Source of the DNA: an uncultured Gemmatimonadales bacterium | GTDB taxonomy: Bacteria > Gemmatimonadota > Gemmatimonadetes > Gemmatimonadales > Gemmatimonadaceae | NCBI GenBank assembly: GCA_963850905.1 | Contig: CAWKMU010000003.1 | Span: 1,632,001 to 1,696,000 of the forward strand | DNA length: 64,000 nt | Direction: 5' to 3' | Shown: positions 32,601 to 43,452 of the stretch, piece after piece | Numbering within the stretch: the first letter of the stretch is position 1 | Layout: the number at the start of each line of letters is the position of its first letter | The notes under the pieces: model-generated | What the model saw: the letters and a program-made list of their open reading frames with translations, nothing else | Databases searched by the model: none | What the model was told of the DNA's origin: nothing | Position numbers and translations under genes: made by a program

Positions 32601-34199
32601 CCGGTCGACCTCGCGCTCGTGACCGGCGTCCGTCGGCTTCTGGACGATTCGCTCGTAGGAGACATGCACGCCGACAGCGTCGCATTCAAAGCGCTCGCGG
32701 CGGTCTATCCCGCGCTCCAGAATCCGAAGGGCGCCTTCGCGGCCAACGTCCGGATCGCCGGGACCGTGCAGCGTCCGTTTCTGACCGGCGACATCCGCCT
32801 AGCGAACGGCGAGGCGGGGTTTCCGAGGCTCGGGGTGAGATTCACCGGCATGAACGCGGACTTACAGTTTGCCGGCGACAGTCTGGCTGTGCGGGACGTG
32901 ACGGTAAACACGCTCGACGGTCAAACGCGCGGACACGCGACGCTGCGTGGATGGCTGACCTTCGCCGACCTCTCGGACCCGCGATACGATTTCTCTCTCT
33001 CCGCATCGGACTTGCACGCTCTCAGCAACCCACGGCTCGCGGACGTTCTGCTGTCCACGCAACCAAACGATCCGCTCCATTTGCGTGGTAGCCTTTCAGC
33101 CTCCCGGCTATCGGGTGGGGTGCTCGTCGATCGCGGCACGATCTTCCTTCCCGACATCCTGCAGCAGAAGAAGATCGTCAGCCTCTCGGACCCTCAGTTG
33201 TACGACTTGGTCGATACGTCCCGCTATGAGAACCGGTCGTTGTTGCCGTCCGCGCCCTCGCGACTCCTGCAGAATCTGTCGTTCGACAACGTGCAAATCG
33301 CTCTCGGCTCGGATGTGTGGCTCCGCTCCGCGGAAGCCAGCATCAACCTGACGACCGCGGACCAGCCGCTGGTCGTCACGACCGCGCCATCGGAACGGGA
33401 CTCGTCGAAGGTGCTCGCGTTGACTGGAGCTCTCGTCGCAAATCGCGGGACCTACCGGCTCAACCTGGGAGTAGTGCAGCGCACGTTTACGGTCGACTCA
33501 GGGACCGTTCGATTCCGCGGCAACGCCGACAATGACGCCGACGTGAACATTCGGGCGACCTACGTCGTGCGCCAGGCGACCACATCGGCCACCGGCAGCC
33601 TCAGTCCGGATGTGCGGATCAACGTCATCCTGACTGGAACGCTCTTCGAGCCACAAGTCGTCCTGACCAGCCCGGACTCGTTGCTGTCGCTCTCACCGCA
33701 GGACTTGCTGAGCTATCTGGTCACGGGACAGCAGTCGCTGACCGTGGGCCAGGGGACCAACAACAATACCGGCGCGCAGGTGGCCCAGTTCGTTCTCCCG
33801 ACGGTCGGGACGGCCATCAGCAGCCGAATTCCTGGGCAATTCCTGGATTACGTGAACATCCAGACAGGCGCCGGCTCCGATCCCAGCCAGGAGGGCGGCG
33901 GGTTCGGTACGGCGCTGTCATCGACGCGTATTACTGGCGGCAAACAGCTCGGACGGTCCACATTTGTGAGCGCCGATCTCGGCGTGTGTGCCCTCGGTGC
34001 TTCAGGCGGGTCGACGCCCAGTACCGCGTCTCAGATCGGCGTCCGCGTCGAGCACCAGCTGACGCGTAGCCTTTCAGTCGATGCGAGCTCGGAACCGGGG
34101 ACTCGTGACCTGTACTGCACGACAGGTGCGCTCAGTCGCAGCTTTGTGACACAGCCCCGCCAGTTCGGACTCGACCTTGTCCACACGTGGCAGTTCTGA
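29646..34199 (+). CDS. Translocation/assembly module TamB-like protein
   Basis: 1517 aa, N-terminal anchor, beta-rich, DUF490-like C-terminus, follows TamA. Confidence 0.88.
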   Translation: MIRRRLVVAFSTLLLLLVALVGVAGVIAITQTSWGRAKVRSLVLAELRRALHGRVYIGTLSGTLFTNLTLDSLEIRDPSGQVMVATGRIHAEYDPRDLLDRRIRLQDLEVDRPYFRLVHHHDGTMNLSQVFPPSRSRIREPGTRGFGDYIVANNVSIRGGAFYFSERWSPDDSIHGARRDSAIAEALARPYFGLERWPEGLMRTLSWKGVNLESPYLRFVDPDSAGMAFELARLDADEFFPPFRITNARGRVSIAHDTLRGVLPHAELPGSVVAGGGKVWWDPGRPPVYALHFASDSIALSDIAWVNPALPRTGGGRAVVDIRSERTNPSIVDFIISDMDVRTTDSRVKGDMTFESGRPELVIKNVALETLPVDFALIRVFAGGQPFPIDWAGQWTGHVRGPGGPVSRWRVDSADLTLHDAHVAGAVSRLGGSGELDIANPAVLAFHHFHLSLDRLDLRTLQYVLTEFPRLRGIVSGTATLDSVWNDVRFTDADVTLTDGDAVPNHVTGAGRFTLGDTESRYDMALEAGPISFTTLARTYTELPLRGEFSGPVTLQGTLGDLDLTADLGGPPGAFALDGHFDLTRPGLSGSAALTLSHVDFQSLLADSAQAQTDLSGRVDLDVKGDSLSALDGPISATLARSTIGSVRLDTGRFVGRFGDERLRVDSLSVDTRPGALTGAGGLALAASAPDSLHLAFSTDSLGGLRSYLIGSSTDSGEHSPLTGALRLSAVVTGWLDSLGVSGTVGGSGVQASGVVVRGLSGTFNVPHVSGQMPLGTANLALDGASVDGIALDRIDVQTRFLGTGSTTVAISGAMPTGPHAAALAEIHQSADTLALTLDSLAVYTHNNAWHLAGPAHFRHDATGLALDNMTLRGAVVGTMTATASLPWNGSGAAELRGDSVPIEDIGEILQTSNSYGGLAQWDVRMAGERANPVMDLQASVNDASLGDVHLEQTLLRGHYSSRRLLLHGDLVQSGDTTLHGEVSVPVDLALVTGVRRLLDDSLVGDMHADSVAFKALAAVYPALQNPKGAFAANVRIAGTVQRPFLTGDIRLANGEAGFPRLGVRFTGMNADLQFAGDSLAVRDVTVNTLDGQTRGHATLRGWLTFADLSDPRYDFSLSASDLHALSNPRLADVLLSTQPNDPLHLRGSLSASRLSGGVLVDRGTIFLPDILQQKKIVSLSDPQLYDLVDTSRYENRSLLPSAPSRLLQNLSFDNVQIALGSDVWLRSAEASINLTTADQPLVVTTAPSERDSSKVLALTGALVANRGTYRLNLGVVQRTFTVDSGTVRFRGNADNDADVNIRATYVVRQATTSATGSLSPDVRINVILTGTLFEPQVVLTSPDSLLSLSPQDLLSYLVTGQQSLTVGQGTNNNTGAQVAQFVLPTVGTAISSRIPGQFLDYVNIQTGAGSDPSQEGGGFGTALSSTRITGGKQLGRSTFVSADLGVCALGASGGSTPSTASQIGVRVEHQLTRSLSVDASSEPGTRDLYCTTGALSRSFVTQPRQFGLDLVHTWQF

Positions 34200-35227
34200 T
34201 GGGCTCTGCGTCGGGGGATCCCATTGGAGCGCTGACGGCGCCGCCCACTGTGGCGGCGACGCGACCCAAGGCGCGACACCGCACGCGAGGTGGACGCAAC
34301 TCGGAGCCGCGCTTCTCACGGGCGCTACTCGTCGTCAACCCGGCCTCCCGGCGTGGCTCCCAGTACCAGGGCTCGGCGCTCCGCGCGTTTGCACAGGCAG
34401 GGGTACGGTGCGATACCGTGCTCACGACGCGCCCCGGACAGGGGGGCGACCTCGTCGAGTCCGTATCTGAGCGCTACGACGCCGTCTTCACGCTCGGAGG
34501 CGATGGTACGGCGATGGAGGTGGTGGGCGCACTGGCCGGGAATGGCGGCCCCCCGGTGGGCATCTTGGCCGGCGGGACGGGAAACCTGATCGCCCGCACC
34601 CTCGGGATTCCGCTGGACGTTCGCCGGGCGGTGCCGATGCTCCTGGACGGGGAGCGGGCTCGGGTCGATCTGGGGGTGCTCGTGGGCGCCACCCCGGGAC
34701 TGCGGCGACGGTTCGCATTTGCAGCCGGTGTCGGCATCGACGCGACCATGATCGCCGAGTCGTCAGCCGCACTCAAGCGGCAGATTGGGGTCCTCGCATA
34801 CATGCTCAGTTGGGTACGCGCGGTTCTTCGCCGGGAGACCTTTCAGGTCCGAATCTCGGTCGATGGCGGCCCCCCGATCGAGCAGATCGCGTCGGCCGTC
34901 ATGGTGGCGAACTTCGGCGCGGTACTCAACGATCTGATCCGGCTCGGCCCCGGAATTCGACAGGATGACGGGAAGCTGGACTTGTGCGTCTTCTCTCCGG
35001 GGACCGCGCGGGACGCGGCCCGGGTTGCCTGGAAGCTGCTCCGAAAGAACTTCGAGGCGGATCCGTGCATGCTGTACCGTGCGGGCCGTCATTTCCGGAT
35101 CGAGACAGACCCACCGCGGGCGGTACAGGCGGACGGCGAGCTTCTTGGAGAGACGCCGTTCGACGTGGCTGTCGAGCCACTGGCTGCACAGCTGCTCGTG
35201 CCACGCCAGCGCTCGGTGGGGGTCTAG
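34199..35227 (+). CDS. Diacylglycerol/lipid kinase family protein
   Basis: NPAS, GGDGT, GGTGN, QADGE. Confidence 0.9.
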   Translation: MGSASGDPIGALTAPPTVAATRPKARHRTRGGRNSEPRFSRALLVVNPASRRGSQYQGSALRAFAQAGVRCDTVLTTRPGQGGDLVESVSERYDAVFTLGGDGTAMEVVGALAGNGGPPVGILAGGTGNLIARTLGIPLDVRRAVPMLLDGERARVDLGVLVGATPGLRRRFAFAAGVGIDATMIAESSAALKRQIGVLAYMLSWVRAVLRRETFQVRISVDGGPPIEQIASAVMVANFGAVLNDLIRLGPGIRQDDGKLDLCVFSPGTARDAARVAWKLLRKNFEADPCMLYRAGRHFRIETDPPRAVQADGELLGETPFDVAVEPLAAQLLVPRQRSVGV

Positions 35228-35289
35228 CGTACGGAACTGACGGCGCACGAGACGGTGGAGCAGGGAACTCACCACACGGATAGCGCCGG

Positions 35290-36647
<1,358 letters not shown>

Positions 36648-36648
<1 letters not shown>

Positions 36649-36851
36649 TGTCAGGCCAGGAATCACCTGAGCCGCAAAAGGAGCTGCAGGGAGGCGACGC
36701 CATGCTGTGTCGCCGCTGCGGGAAAGAGGAGCGCGCCTCCGAGGGCTATCCGTGTATGGGGTGCGGCACGTTTCTCTGCCTGATCTGTACGTTTCGGGGC
36801 CAGGTGTATTGTCAGGCGTGTGAGCAGGGGGGAACGGGAAGAGGCGGCTGA
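36648..36851 (+). CDS. Small Cys-rich zinc-finger-like protein
   Basis: Four CxxC pairs (CRRC, CMGC, CLIC, CQAC); TGATG coupling to the regulator. Confidence 0.7.
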
Positions 36852-36857
36852 GGGTGG

Positions 36858-37008
36858 CGTCTGGGGTTTGGGGTCTGGGGTCTGGAACGACAACCGCGAC
36901 GACAACGACGGGCGACGCAATGCGTCGCCCCTACCGGTCCAAGGCTGGTCGCGGTGCGCCGTGATCGGCCTTTTGAGTTGTTCCCAAACCCCAAACCCCA
37001 GACCCCGC
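36858..37008. repeat. Heptamer-armed element containing a single REP of a second type
   Basis: TGGGGT(C/T) arms and inverted CCCAAAC/CCCAGAC arms; REP GGGCGACGCAATGCGTCGCCCCTAC at 36910-36934. Confidence 0.82.
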
Positions 37009-37040
37009 GCTCATCCGGCTTCTCCCCCTATCTTCCCCCC

Positions 37041-37766
37041 ATGACCCATCTCGTCCTCTTCGACATCGACGGCACGCTGTTGTCAGCGGCTGGGGCGGGC
37101 CGTCGGGCCATCCACCGGGCGCTGCGAGAGGTGTTCGGATCGACCGGGCCCGACGAGTACTGGTTCGACGGAAAAACCGATCGGCAGATCGTCCGTGACC
37201 TGATGCGGTCCGATGGGCATGTCGATGCGTCCATCGACTCACGGATGGACGCGGTACTCTCGCGATATGTTGCGTGCCTTGGCGACGAGCTGCGCGACCC
37301 CCGGCATCCGCCGCGGGTGCACGCGGGGGTGCCCGAGCTGCTGGATGCGCTGGACGACCGCGGGGACGTCGTCCTGGGTTTGTTGACCGGCAATCTGGAG
37401 ATCGGTGCGCGCGCCAAGCTCGCGGCGGCCGGTCTCGATTCCTCGCGGTTCGTGGTCGGCGCCTTTGGGTCGGATCATGAGAGCCGGCCCCACCTGCCAG
37501 CCCTCGCGCAGCAGCGAGCACGTGAGCGCCTCGGGGTCGACCTGCCGGGTTCGGCGATCGTGATCATTGGGGACACGCCCGCAGATATCGCCTGCGGCCA
37601 GGGCATCGGGGCCCGAGCGATCGGCGTCGCGACGGGGCGATACACTGTCGAGCAACTCGGCACATGTGGAGCGATTGCCGTGTTCGAGGATTTGGCCGCT
37701 ACCGCAGACGTCGTGGCGGCCATAACAGCGGGGTCCGGGGCGCTCGCGGAGCGCCCAGGGGACTAG
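37041..37766 (+). CDS. HAD family hydrolase
   Basis: FDIDGTL, LTGN, IGDTPADI. Confidence 0.92.
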   Translation: MTHLVLFDIDGTLLSAAGAGRRAIHRALREVFGSTGPDEYWFDGKTDRQIVRDLMRSDGHVDASIDSRMDAVLSRYVACLGDELRDPRHPPRVHAGVPELLDALDDRGDVVLGLLTGNLEIGARAKLAAAGLDSSRFVVGAFGSDHESRPHLPALAQQRARERLGVDLPGSAIVIIGDTPADIACGQGIGARAIGVATGRYTVEQLGTCGAIAVFEDLAATADVVAAITAGSGALAERPGD

Positions 37767-38552
37767 GTGCCCCCACTGCCCGTCACCGTCTGGACCCTCT
37801 GGCACGGCACCGAGGTCGCCGGGCCGGGCTCCATCGAGCTCGTGGCAGACGACATCGCCGTGAAAGTCCCCTCGGCGACGGTTGACCTGCGAGTGCCATT
37901 CTCCACGCTGGACGGTGTGCGCACCTCGCCCCACCACATCGCACTGTATGCGAGCAGCGGCGACGTGTTGGAGCTGGATGGGGAAGGCGTCGGAGACCTT
38001 GGTGACCAGGTCCGATCGCGCGTGTGCACCCTTCCTGAGTTGACGCTGGCGCTCCGAGGACTCGGGTCTGCGCGTGGGTTTCCAGGGCCTGACCACGATC
38101 GCTTCTACGCGCCGCTTCTGGCAGCGCGTCGGGCGGCGGAGCATGCCACCGACGCGGCCGGACGAATGGCCGCGATGCGCGCACCAGCGTTGGCCGCAGA
38201 GGTGGATCGCGCGTTGCATGAGCTGGCGGTGGCGCGATACCCCGACGCCGCCGCCGACCGTCGGGCTCTCGAAACGGTTCTCGAGGATCTATCGACGCCC
38301 ATCAGAGCGAGCCTGGTGCAGCTGGAGAGCGCTGCCCGAGCAGTCACGGCGGCCAGCGACGACGTGGCGTTCGTGTGGTGGCGTGCGTGGACGGCCCAGT
38401 GTCGCTCTTTGCTGACCCATGTGGATCAGTCCTGGTTGGCGATCGCTCCCGTGTTGAGGGAAATACCCGTCACCGCGCCGCGAAGGCGGCGGTGGTCCTT
38501 GGGGCGGCAACGTCCCTCCCCGGGGCAGGACCCAGCGGAGCGCGACGCGTGA
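37767..38552 (+). CDS. Hypothetical protein
   Basis: ORF abutting HAD and overlapping acpS (GTGA); beta-rich N-terminus, helical C-terminus. Confidence 0.7.
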   Translation: MPPLPVTVWTLWHGTEVAGPGSIELVADDIAVKVPSATVDLRVPFSTLDGVRTSPHHIALYASSGDVLELDGEGVGDLGDQVRSRVCTLPELTLALRGLGSARGFPGPDHDRFYAPLLAARRAAEHATDAAGRMAAMRAPALAAEVDRALHELAVARYPDAAADRRALETVLEDLSTPIRASLVQLESAARAVTAASDDVAFVWWRAWTAQCRSLLTHVDQSWLAIAPVLREIPVTAPRRRRWSLGRQRPSPGQDPAERDA

Positions 38553-38935
38553 TCGTCGGCGTCGGGGTCGACGCGATCGACATCCCGCGAGTCCAGCAGC
38601 TGCTCGAGCGCTTTCCCTCGCGCGCGGTCGAGAAGCTGTTTACCGCCCGCGAAGCCCAATACGCACGCGCGCGAGCGACGCCGGCCCGGCATTTCGCCGC
38701 ACGCCTGGCAGCCAAAGAGGCAGCCTTCAAGGCACTCGCCGGCAACGCGCTCGCCCGAGCGATCGCCTGGCGCGAGATCGAAGTCGTGCCGGGTGACGAT
38801 GGCCAACCAGCCCTGGTGCTCCATGGCAAAGCGGCCCAACGAGCCGCGCAAATCGGGGCCGCCCGGTTGTGGGTGTCCATGACCCACGCCGACCATTCGG
38901 CCGTGGCAGTCGTTATCCTAGAGGCCGACTCCTAG
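38549..38935 (+). CDS. acpS: Holo-[acyl-carrier-protein] synthase
   Basis: IVGVGVD, AARLAAKEAAFKA, VSMTH. Confidence 0.93.
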   Translation: MIVGVGVDAIDIPRVQQLLERFPSRAVEKLFTAREAQYARARATPARHFAARLAAKEAAFKALAGNALARAIAWREIEVVPGDDGQPALVLHGKAAQRAAQIGAARLWVSMTHADHSAVAVVILEADS

Positions 38936-38997
38936 GCAAACGCTTTGTAGCCCAATCGACTGGATCGGGCCGCGCAATGCCGATAAATTCGCTCGGA

Positions 38998-41385
38998 ATG
39001 TTCTCATTGCGGCATTTTCGCCGGTTGCTCGTCGCGTTGGCCGGTCTGTGGGCCCTTGCCGGGCCTGCCTACGGGGCGGGGCGTCCTCCTGGCACGTCGG
39101 CTGAGGCTGGCGCACTTTCTCGGCTACCAGGGGCTATGGTTCCGCTTGGTGCCTCCCCGAGCCGAGCCGCCGCACCTGCGTCGGGTGTCGCCGGCGATCA
39201 GCAAATGGAGGAGGGCGAAGGGCCGGCCCAGCGATTGGCGAGCATTGTTGGCGTGGCGGTTGGCGAGTATGGCAAAGGAGTCGATGCCCGGGGCAGGCTG
39301 ATTTCGGCTGAAGAACGGGACGAAGCGGCCGGCTTCCTGATCGACGCACGCGACGTCGCGAGCCGGTTGCCCGGCAACGGGCGCGAGGCGACGATCGCCC
39401 TGCTGGATACCCTTGTCGTCGCGATGCGCGCCGACCGGCCCCTGGGCGAGGTACAGGGGATCTACGGGCGGTTCGCGGCGGCGCTCGGCAGTGCCGGCGC
39501 GCTGACGATGCCGCGCGGGGCGCTCGACACGGCCGCGGGGCGCACGCTCTACACACGAAACTGCGCTTCGTGTCACGGGATGGCCGGGCAGGGTGATGGG
39601 CCCGCGGCAAAAGGCCTGTCGACCGCACCGCCCGCGATCGGGTCCACCGCGGCGATGGCGACTGTCACCCCTGCCTTGATGTATCGACTTGTGGCGGTCG
39701 GCGTGCGGGGAACCGCCATGCCGTCGTGGGCGACCGCGCTCACGCCGGACGAACGGTGGAACGTGGTCGCGTATGTGACCAGCCTGCGGGCCACCTCGGG
39801 GCAGGTCCGCCAAGGAGAAGGCCTCTATTTCCAGCGATGCGCCAGCTGCCATGGATCCGCGGCCCTCGGCAGCGGACCGTATGCGCACGATCTCAGTACG
39901 ATCCCTCCGGCTGTGGCGGACTTCGCGTGGCAGGTAGACCACAGCGATTCGGAGATGGCCCAGGCGATCACGAGAGGCGTGAGCGGGAGTGTGATGCCGC
40001 CGAGCCCCGATCTCAGTGCGAGACAGGTCGCCGACATCATCGCGTATCTGCGTGCGGTCCCGATGCAGGCGACTCCGACACACGAGGTGCTGGCTGCCGC
40101 GGCGCCCGCAAGCGGTGATACCTCGGCCGCATCGGCTGCGGCTCAGCACGTGTTGGAGTTGCTCAACGCGTCGTTGGTGGCAGCTCGCGGCGGCCGTCTG
40201 AACGATGCCCGTGATCGCGCCTTCGATTCATACATCGCGTTTGAACCGCTCGAGCCCGCGGTGCAAGCCAAGGATCCCGGCCTCGTCTCGGCGATGGAGC
40301 GACAATTCGCCGATTTCAAAGGGGCAATCCGAATGAACGACCTGCGGGCGGCGGAACGCTCGCGCGATGCGATCGAAATCGGGTTGCCGGAAGTCGTCGC
40401 GTTGACGAAACCGGCGGCTGGCGGATGGGCGGCATTTCTTCAGTCGCTGCTCATCATCGTGCGCGAAGGCTTCGAGGCGATCCTCGTCGTAGGAGCCGTT
40501 GTCGCGTTTCTGATCAAGACCGGGCATTGGGACAGACTCCGGTCCATCTGGATGGGCACGGCACTCGGTGTAGGCGCGAGCGCGGTGACCGCCGTCATTC
40601 TGGCTACGGTTCTGCGTGCCCTGCCCGCGAGCCGTGAGATCATCGAGGGCGGGACGCTGCTCGTCGCTGTCGCCGTGCTGTTCTCGGTCAGCTATTGGCT
40701 GGTATCCAAGGTCGAAGCGGCCCACTGGCAGCAATTCATCCGCGACAAGGTGTCGACTGCGCTGGAGCATGGCGGCGCCAAAGCGCTAGCGTTTGTGGCC
40801 TTCCTCGCGGTGTACCGCGAAGGTGCCGAGACGGCGCTGTTTTATCAGGCGTTGTTCAACGAGGGCGGCCACGTCGCGCTCCCGCTGACACTGGGTATCG
40901 TCGTTGGTGGCGTGATGCTGGCAGGGATCTTCACGTTGTTCTATCGCTTCGGCGTGCGGATTCCGTTGCGGCCGTTCTTCACGGTGACGAGCGCGCTGCT
41001 CTACTACATGGCGTTCGTCTTCGCGGGGAAAGGCGTGCGTGAGCTTCAGGAAGGTGGCGCGCTGCCGGTAACGTTGCTGCCCGGATTCCCGCACATCGAT
41101 GCAATGGGAATATTCCCAAGTGTCGAGACGTTGCTCGCCCAGCTGGTTCTGCTGGCGCTCCTGGCGTTTGCCCTGATCAAGACGTTCTGGCCGCGGCGCT
41201 CCGTTTCACTGCCGACGGTGGCCGTGACATCACCACCCGCTGCCGCTCCGGATGCGGTTCCAGCCTCAACGAGTCGGGCAGACGCGCTCGAGCGCCGTGT
41301 CGCGGAACTCGAGGCGACGCTCGCGGAGCTGCGGCGCGAGTTGTCGGAGCTCGAGGAAGGCAAGGAAATGGGGCTGAGGGACTAA
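38998..41385 (+). CDS. Di-heme cytochrome c / FTR1 iron permease fusion (PbrT-like)
   Basis: Two CASCH motifs; REGFE and REGAE motifs; multiple TM helices; start approximate. Confidence 0.9.
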   Translation: MFSLRHFRRLLVALAGLWALAGPAYGAGRPPGTSAEAGALSRLPGAMVPLGASPSRAAAPASGVAGDQQMEEGEGPAQRLASIVGVAVGEYGKGVDARGRLISAEERDEAAGFLIDARDVASRLPGNGREATIALLDTLVVAMRADRPLGEVQGIYGRFAAALGSAGALTMPRGALDTAAGRTLYTRNCASCHGMAGQGDGPAAKGLSTAPPAIGSTAAMATVTPALMYRLVAVGVRGTAMPSWATALTPDERWNVVAYVTSLRATSGQVRQGEGLYFQRCASCHGSAALGSGPYAHDLSTIPPAVADFAWQVDHSDSEMAQAITRGVSGSVMPPSPDLSARQVADIIAYLRAVPMQATPTHEVLAAAAPASGDTSAASAAAQHVLELLNASLVAARGGRLNDARDRAFDSYIAFEPLEPAVQAKDPGLVSAMERQFADFKGAIRMNDLRAAERSRDAIEIGLPEVVALTKPAAGGWAAFLQSLLIIVREGFEAILVVGAVVAFLIKTGHWDRLRSIWMGTALGVGASAVTAVILATVLRALPASREIIEGGTLLVAVAVLFSVSYWLVSKVEAAHWQQFIRDKVSTALEHGGAKALAFVAFLAVYREGAETALFYQALFNEGGHVALPLTLGIVVGGVMLAGIFTLFYRFGVRIPLRPFFTVTSALLYYMAFVFAGKGVRELQEGGALPVTLLPGFPHIDAMGIFPSVETLLAQLVLLALLAFALIKTFWPRRSVSLPTVAVTSPPAAAPDAVPASTSRADALERRVAELEATLAELRRELSELEEGKEMGLRD

Positions 41386-41409
41386 GCTGCCGAGCCCCGG
41401 CTTGTCCCC

Positions 41410-42261
41410 CTAGGCCGCTTGCGGCTCCGGTTCGACAAAGATGCCCGGTGCTTTCGGTCCCGGGTTCCAGCGAGCCGCCATCCACAGCGCGCCCCCGAGC
41501 ACAAATGCGGCGGCAATGGCCTGGGCCGTCGTGAATGGACCGAAGAACCGGTCGTCCTTCGCGCGCAGGAACTCGATCAAAAATCGCTCGATCCCGGCCA
41601 ACACGCAGTACAGACCGAACAGCCAGCCTGCGGCGTGGCGATGGTTTCGAAACCGCCACAGGATCAGAAACATGATAAAGGCGAGTACCACCTCGTAGAG
41701 TTCGGTGGGGTACACGCTCAGGACACGAGAGGCAGGAATGTCGGGCGACAACTTGAGGTGGAAGAGCTCCGCGAGGTTCTGGGCCGTCGACGGCGGTGCG
41801 CCATCCGGGAAGGCGACCGCCCAGCGCGAATTCCACGGACGCCCGTAGTCGTCGCCGACTGCCCAACAGCCCGTCCGACCGACGCTGTACGCCGCAGCAA
41901 GCCCGGGAGCGGCCGCGTCACTGATCTGCGCGAAGCTCCAGTGGCGGAAGCGGATCACCAGCGCGGTCCCGATGATGCCGCCCATCAGGCCACCCCAGAA
42001 GACGAAGCCGGCGCGATGGACCAGGTTGGAGATGTCACCCGTGAGAATCGCGTAGTAGATCTTGGCACCCAGCAATCCCCCGATTACGGCCGCGAGGACG
42101 CAATCCGACGTGACGGTTGGGTCCTGGCCCCGCTCGGTCAGTGTCTCGTTGGTTGTGAGCTGTGCGATGACGAAAGCCAACAGCACGGCGACGCCGAACC
42201 CCGTGACCTGCAGGGGCCCGAGTTGGTAGGACAGTGGGTGGTGAATGATCGAATGAGGCAC
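41410..42261 (-). CDS. lgt: Prolipoprotein diacylglyceryl transferase
   Basis: FWGG, GRTGC...GDDYG, PTELYE, RFLIEFLR. Confidence 0.92.
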   Translation of the reverse strand: MPHSIIHHPLSYQLGPLQVTGFGVAVLLAFVIAQLTTNETLTERGQDPTVTSDCVLAAVIGGLLGAKIYYAILTGDISNLVHRAGFVFWGGLMGGIIGTALVIRFRHWSFAQISDAAAPGLAAAYSVGRTGCWAVGDDYGRPWNSRWAVAFPDGAPPSTAQNLAELFHLKLSPDIPASRVLSVYPTELYEVVLAFIMFLILWRFRNHRHAAGWLFGLYCVLAGIERFLIEFLRAKDDRFFGPFTTAQAIAAAFVLGGALWMAARWNPGPKAPGIFVEPEPQAA

Positions 42262-42390
42262 TGAAATCGCCGTGCGGCCAATTGCCGCGAGTTGGAAGGA
42301 ACAGCCCGCAATCTAGAGGGCAATAAGAAACTTAGAAGGTGGCATCGCGGCCGCTGACAGCGTCCGAATGATACCCGGTCCCGTTGCGTG

Positions 42391-43434
42391 CTACCCCACG
42401 AGCCCCGGAATAGGTCGCGACGCGTATGCGGTGAGCTCGAGGCCTGCGACGTCGCCCGACTCGAGGTGATACAGGCCGGCTCGTGCCACCATGGCCGCGT
42501 TGTCGGTGGCGAGGCGCGGTGATGGCGCAAAGACGGCCGCACCCAATGAGGCCGCCCGGTCGCGCATGGCGGTTACGAGCGCGCGATTGCACGCCACGCC
42601 TCCGCCCAGCACAATGCGGTCACGCCCGTGCGCGACTGCCGCGCGCGCCGCTTTCTCCACCAACGTGTCAATCACGGCGTCCTGAAACCCGCGCGCAATG
42701 TCGGCCCGCACCTGCTCGGTGTCTCCTCCCTGCCCCTCACTCGACTGAACGGCTTGCAGGACCGCGGTCTTGATGCCGCTGAACGAGAGGTCGAAGTAGT
42801 CGCGATCTCCGGGCTGCTGATTGGCACGCAGCATCGGTCGCGTAAAACGGTACCGTGCCGGGTTGCCTCGTGTCGCCAGCGTCTCGACGTGCCGCCCTCC
42901 CGGATAGGGAAGTCCCAGCAGCTTCGCAACTTTGTCGAAGGCCTCGCCCGCCGCGTCGTCCCTGGTGGCGCCGAGCTGTCGGTAGTTGCCCCAGGCCGCC
43001 ACATCGAGCAACAACGTATGGCCCCCCGACACGAGCAACGCGGTAAACGGCGGCGTCGCGTCGGGATGCTCGAGTGTCGTCGCGAAGAGGTGGGCCTCGA
43101 GATGGTGTACCGCAATCAGCGGTCGCTCGATGGCGTATGCCAAGGCCTTGGCGTAGCTGACACCGACGAGCAGCGCTCCGATGAGGCCCGGGGTGTTGGT
43201 GACGGCGATCGCATCCACGTCGCGGCGCTCGAGCCCTGCATCCGCGAGTGCGCGGTCAACAACCGGCACAATACTCGTGAGATGCATGCGCGACGCGATC
43301 TCGGGCACCACGCCCCCGAAGACCGTGTGCGCGTCCTGCGAGAGAATGACGAGCGATCGCATCGCCGTCGCGTCGCCCGTACCGTCGACGACGGCGGCGG
43401 ACGTCTCATCACACGACGTCTCGACACCCAGCAC
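42391..43434 (-). CDS. tsaD: tRNA N6-adenosine threonylcarbamoyltransferase
   Basis: LGVETSCDETS, HLEAH, VSGGHT, DDAAGEAFDK, TDNAAM. Confidence 0.96.
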   Translation of the reverse strand: MLGVETSCDETSAAVVDGTGDATAMRSLVILSQDAHTVFGGVVPEIASRMHLTSIVPVVDRALADAGLERRDVDAIAVTNTPGLIGALLVGVSYAKALAYAIERPLIAVHHLEAHLFATTLEHPDATPPFTALLVSGGHTLLLDVAAWGNYRQLGATRDDAAGEAFDKVAKLLGLPYPGGRHVETLATRGNPARYRFTRPMLRANQQPGDRDYFDLSFSGIKTAVLQAVQSSEGQGGDTEQVRADIARGFQDAVIDTLVEKAARAAVAHGRDRIVLGGGVACNRALVTAMRDRAASLGAAVFAPSPRLATDNAAMVARAGLYHLESGDVAGLELTAYASRPIPGLVG

Positions 43435-43452
43435 GCGAGGCAGAGTGCCGAC

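Noticed and set aside
38990..39012. Fur-box-like AATGTTCTCATT near the FTR1 gene start
   Set aside because: Only a partial palindrome with wrong spacing, and it overlaps the probable start codon.
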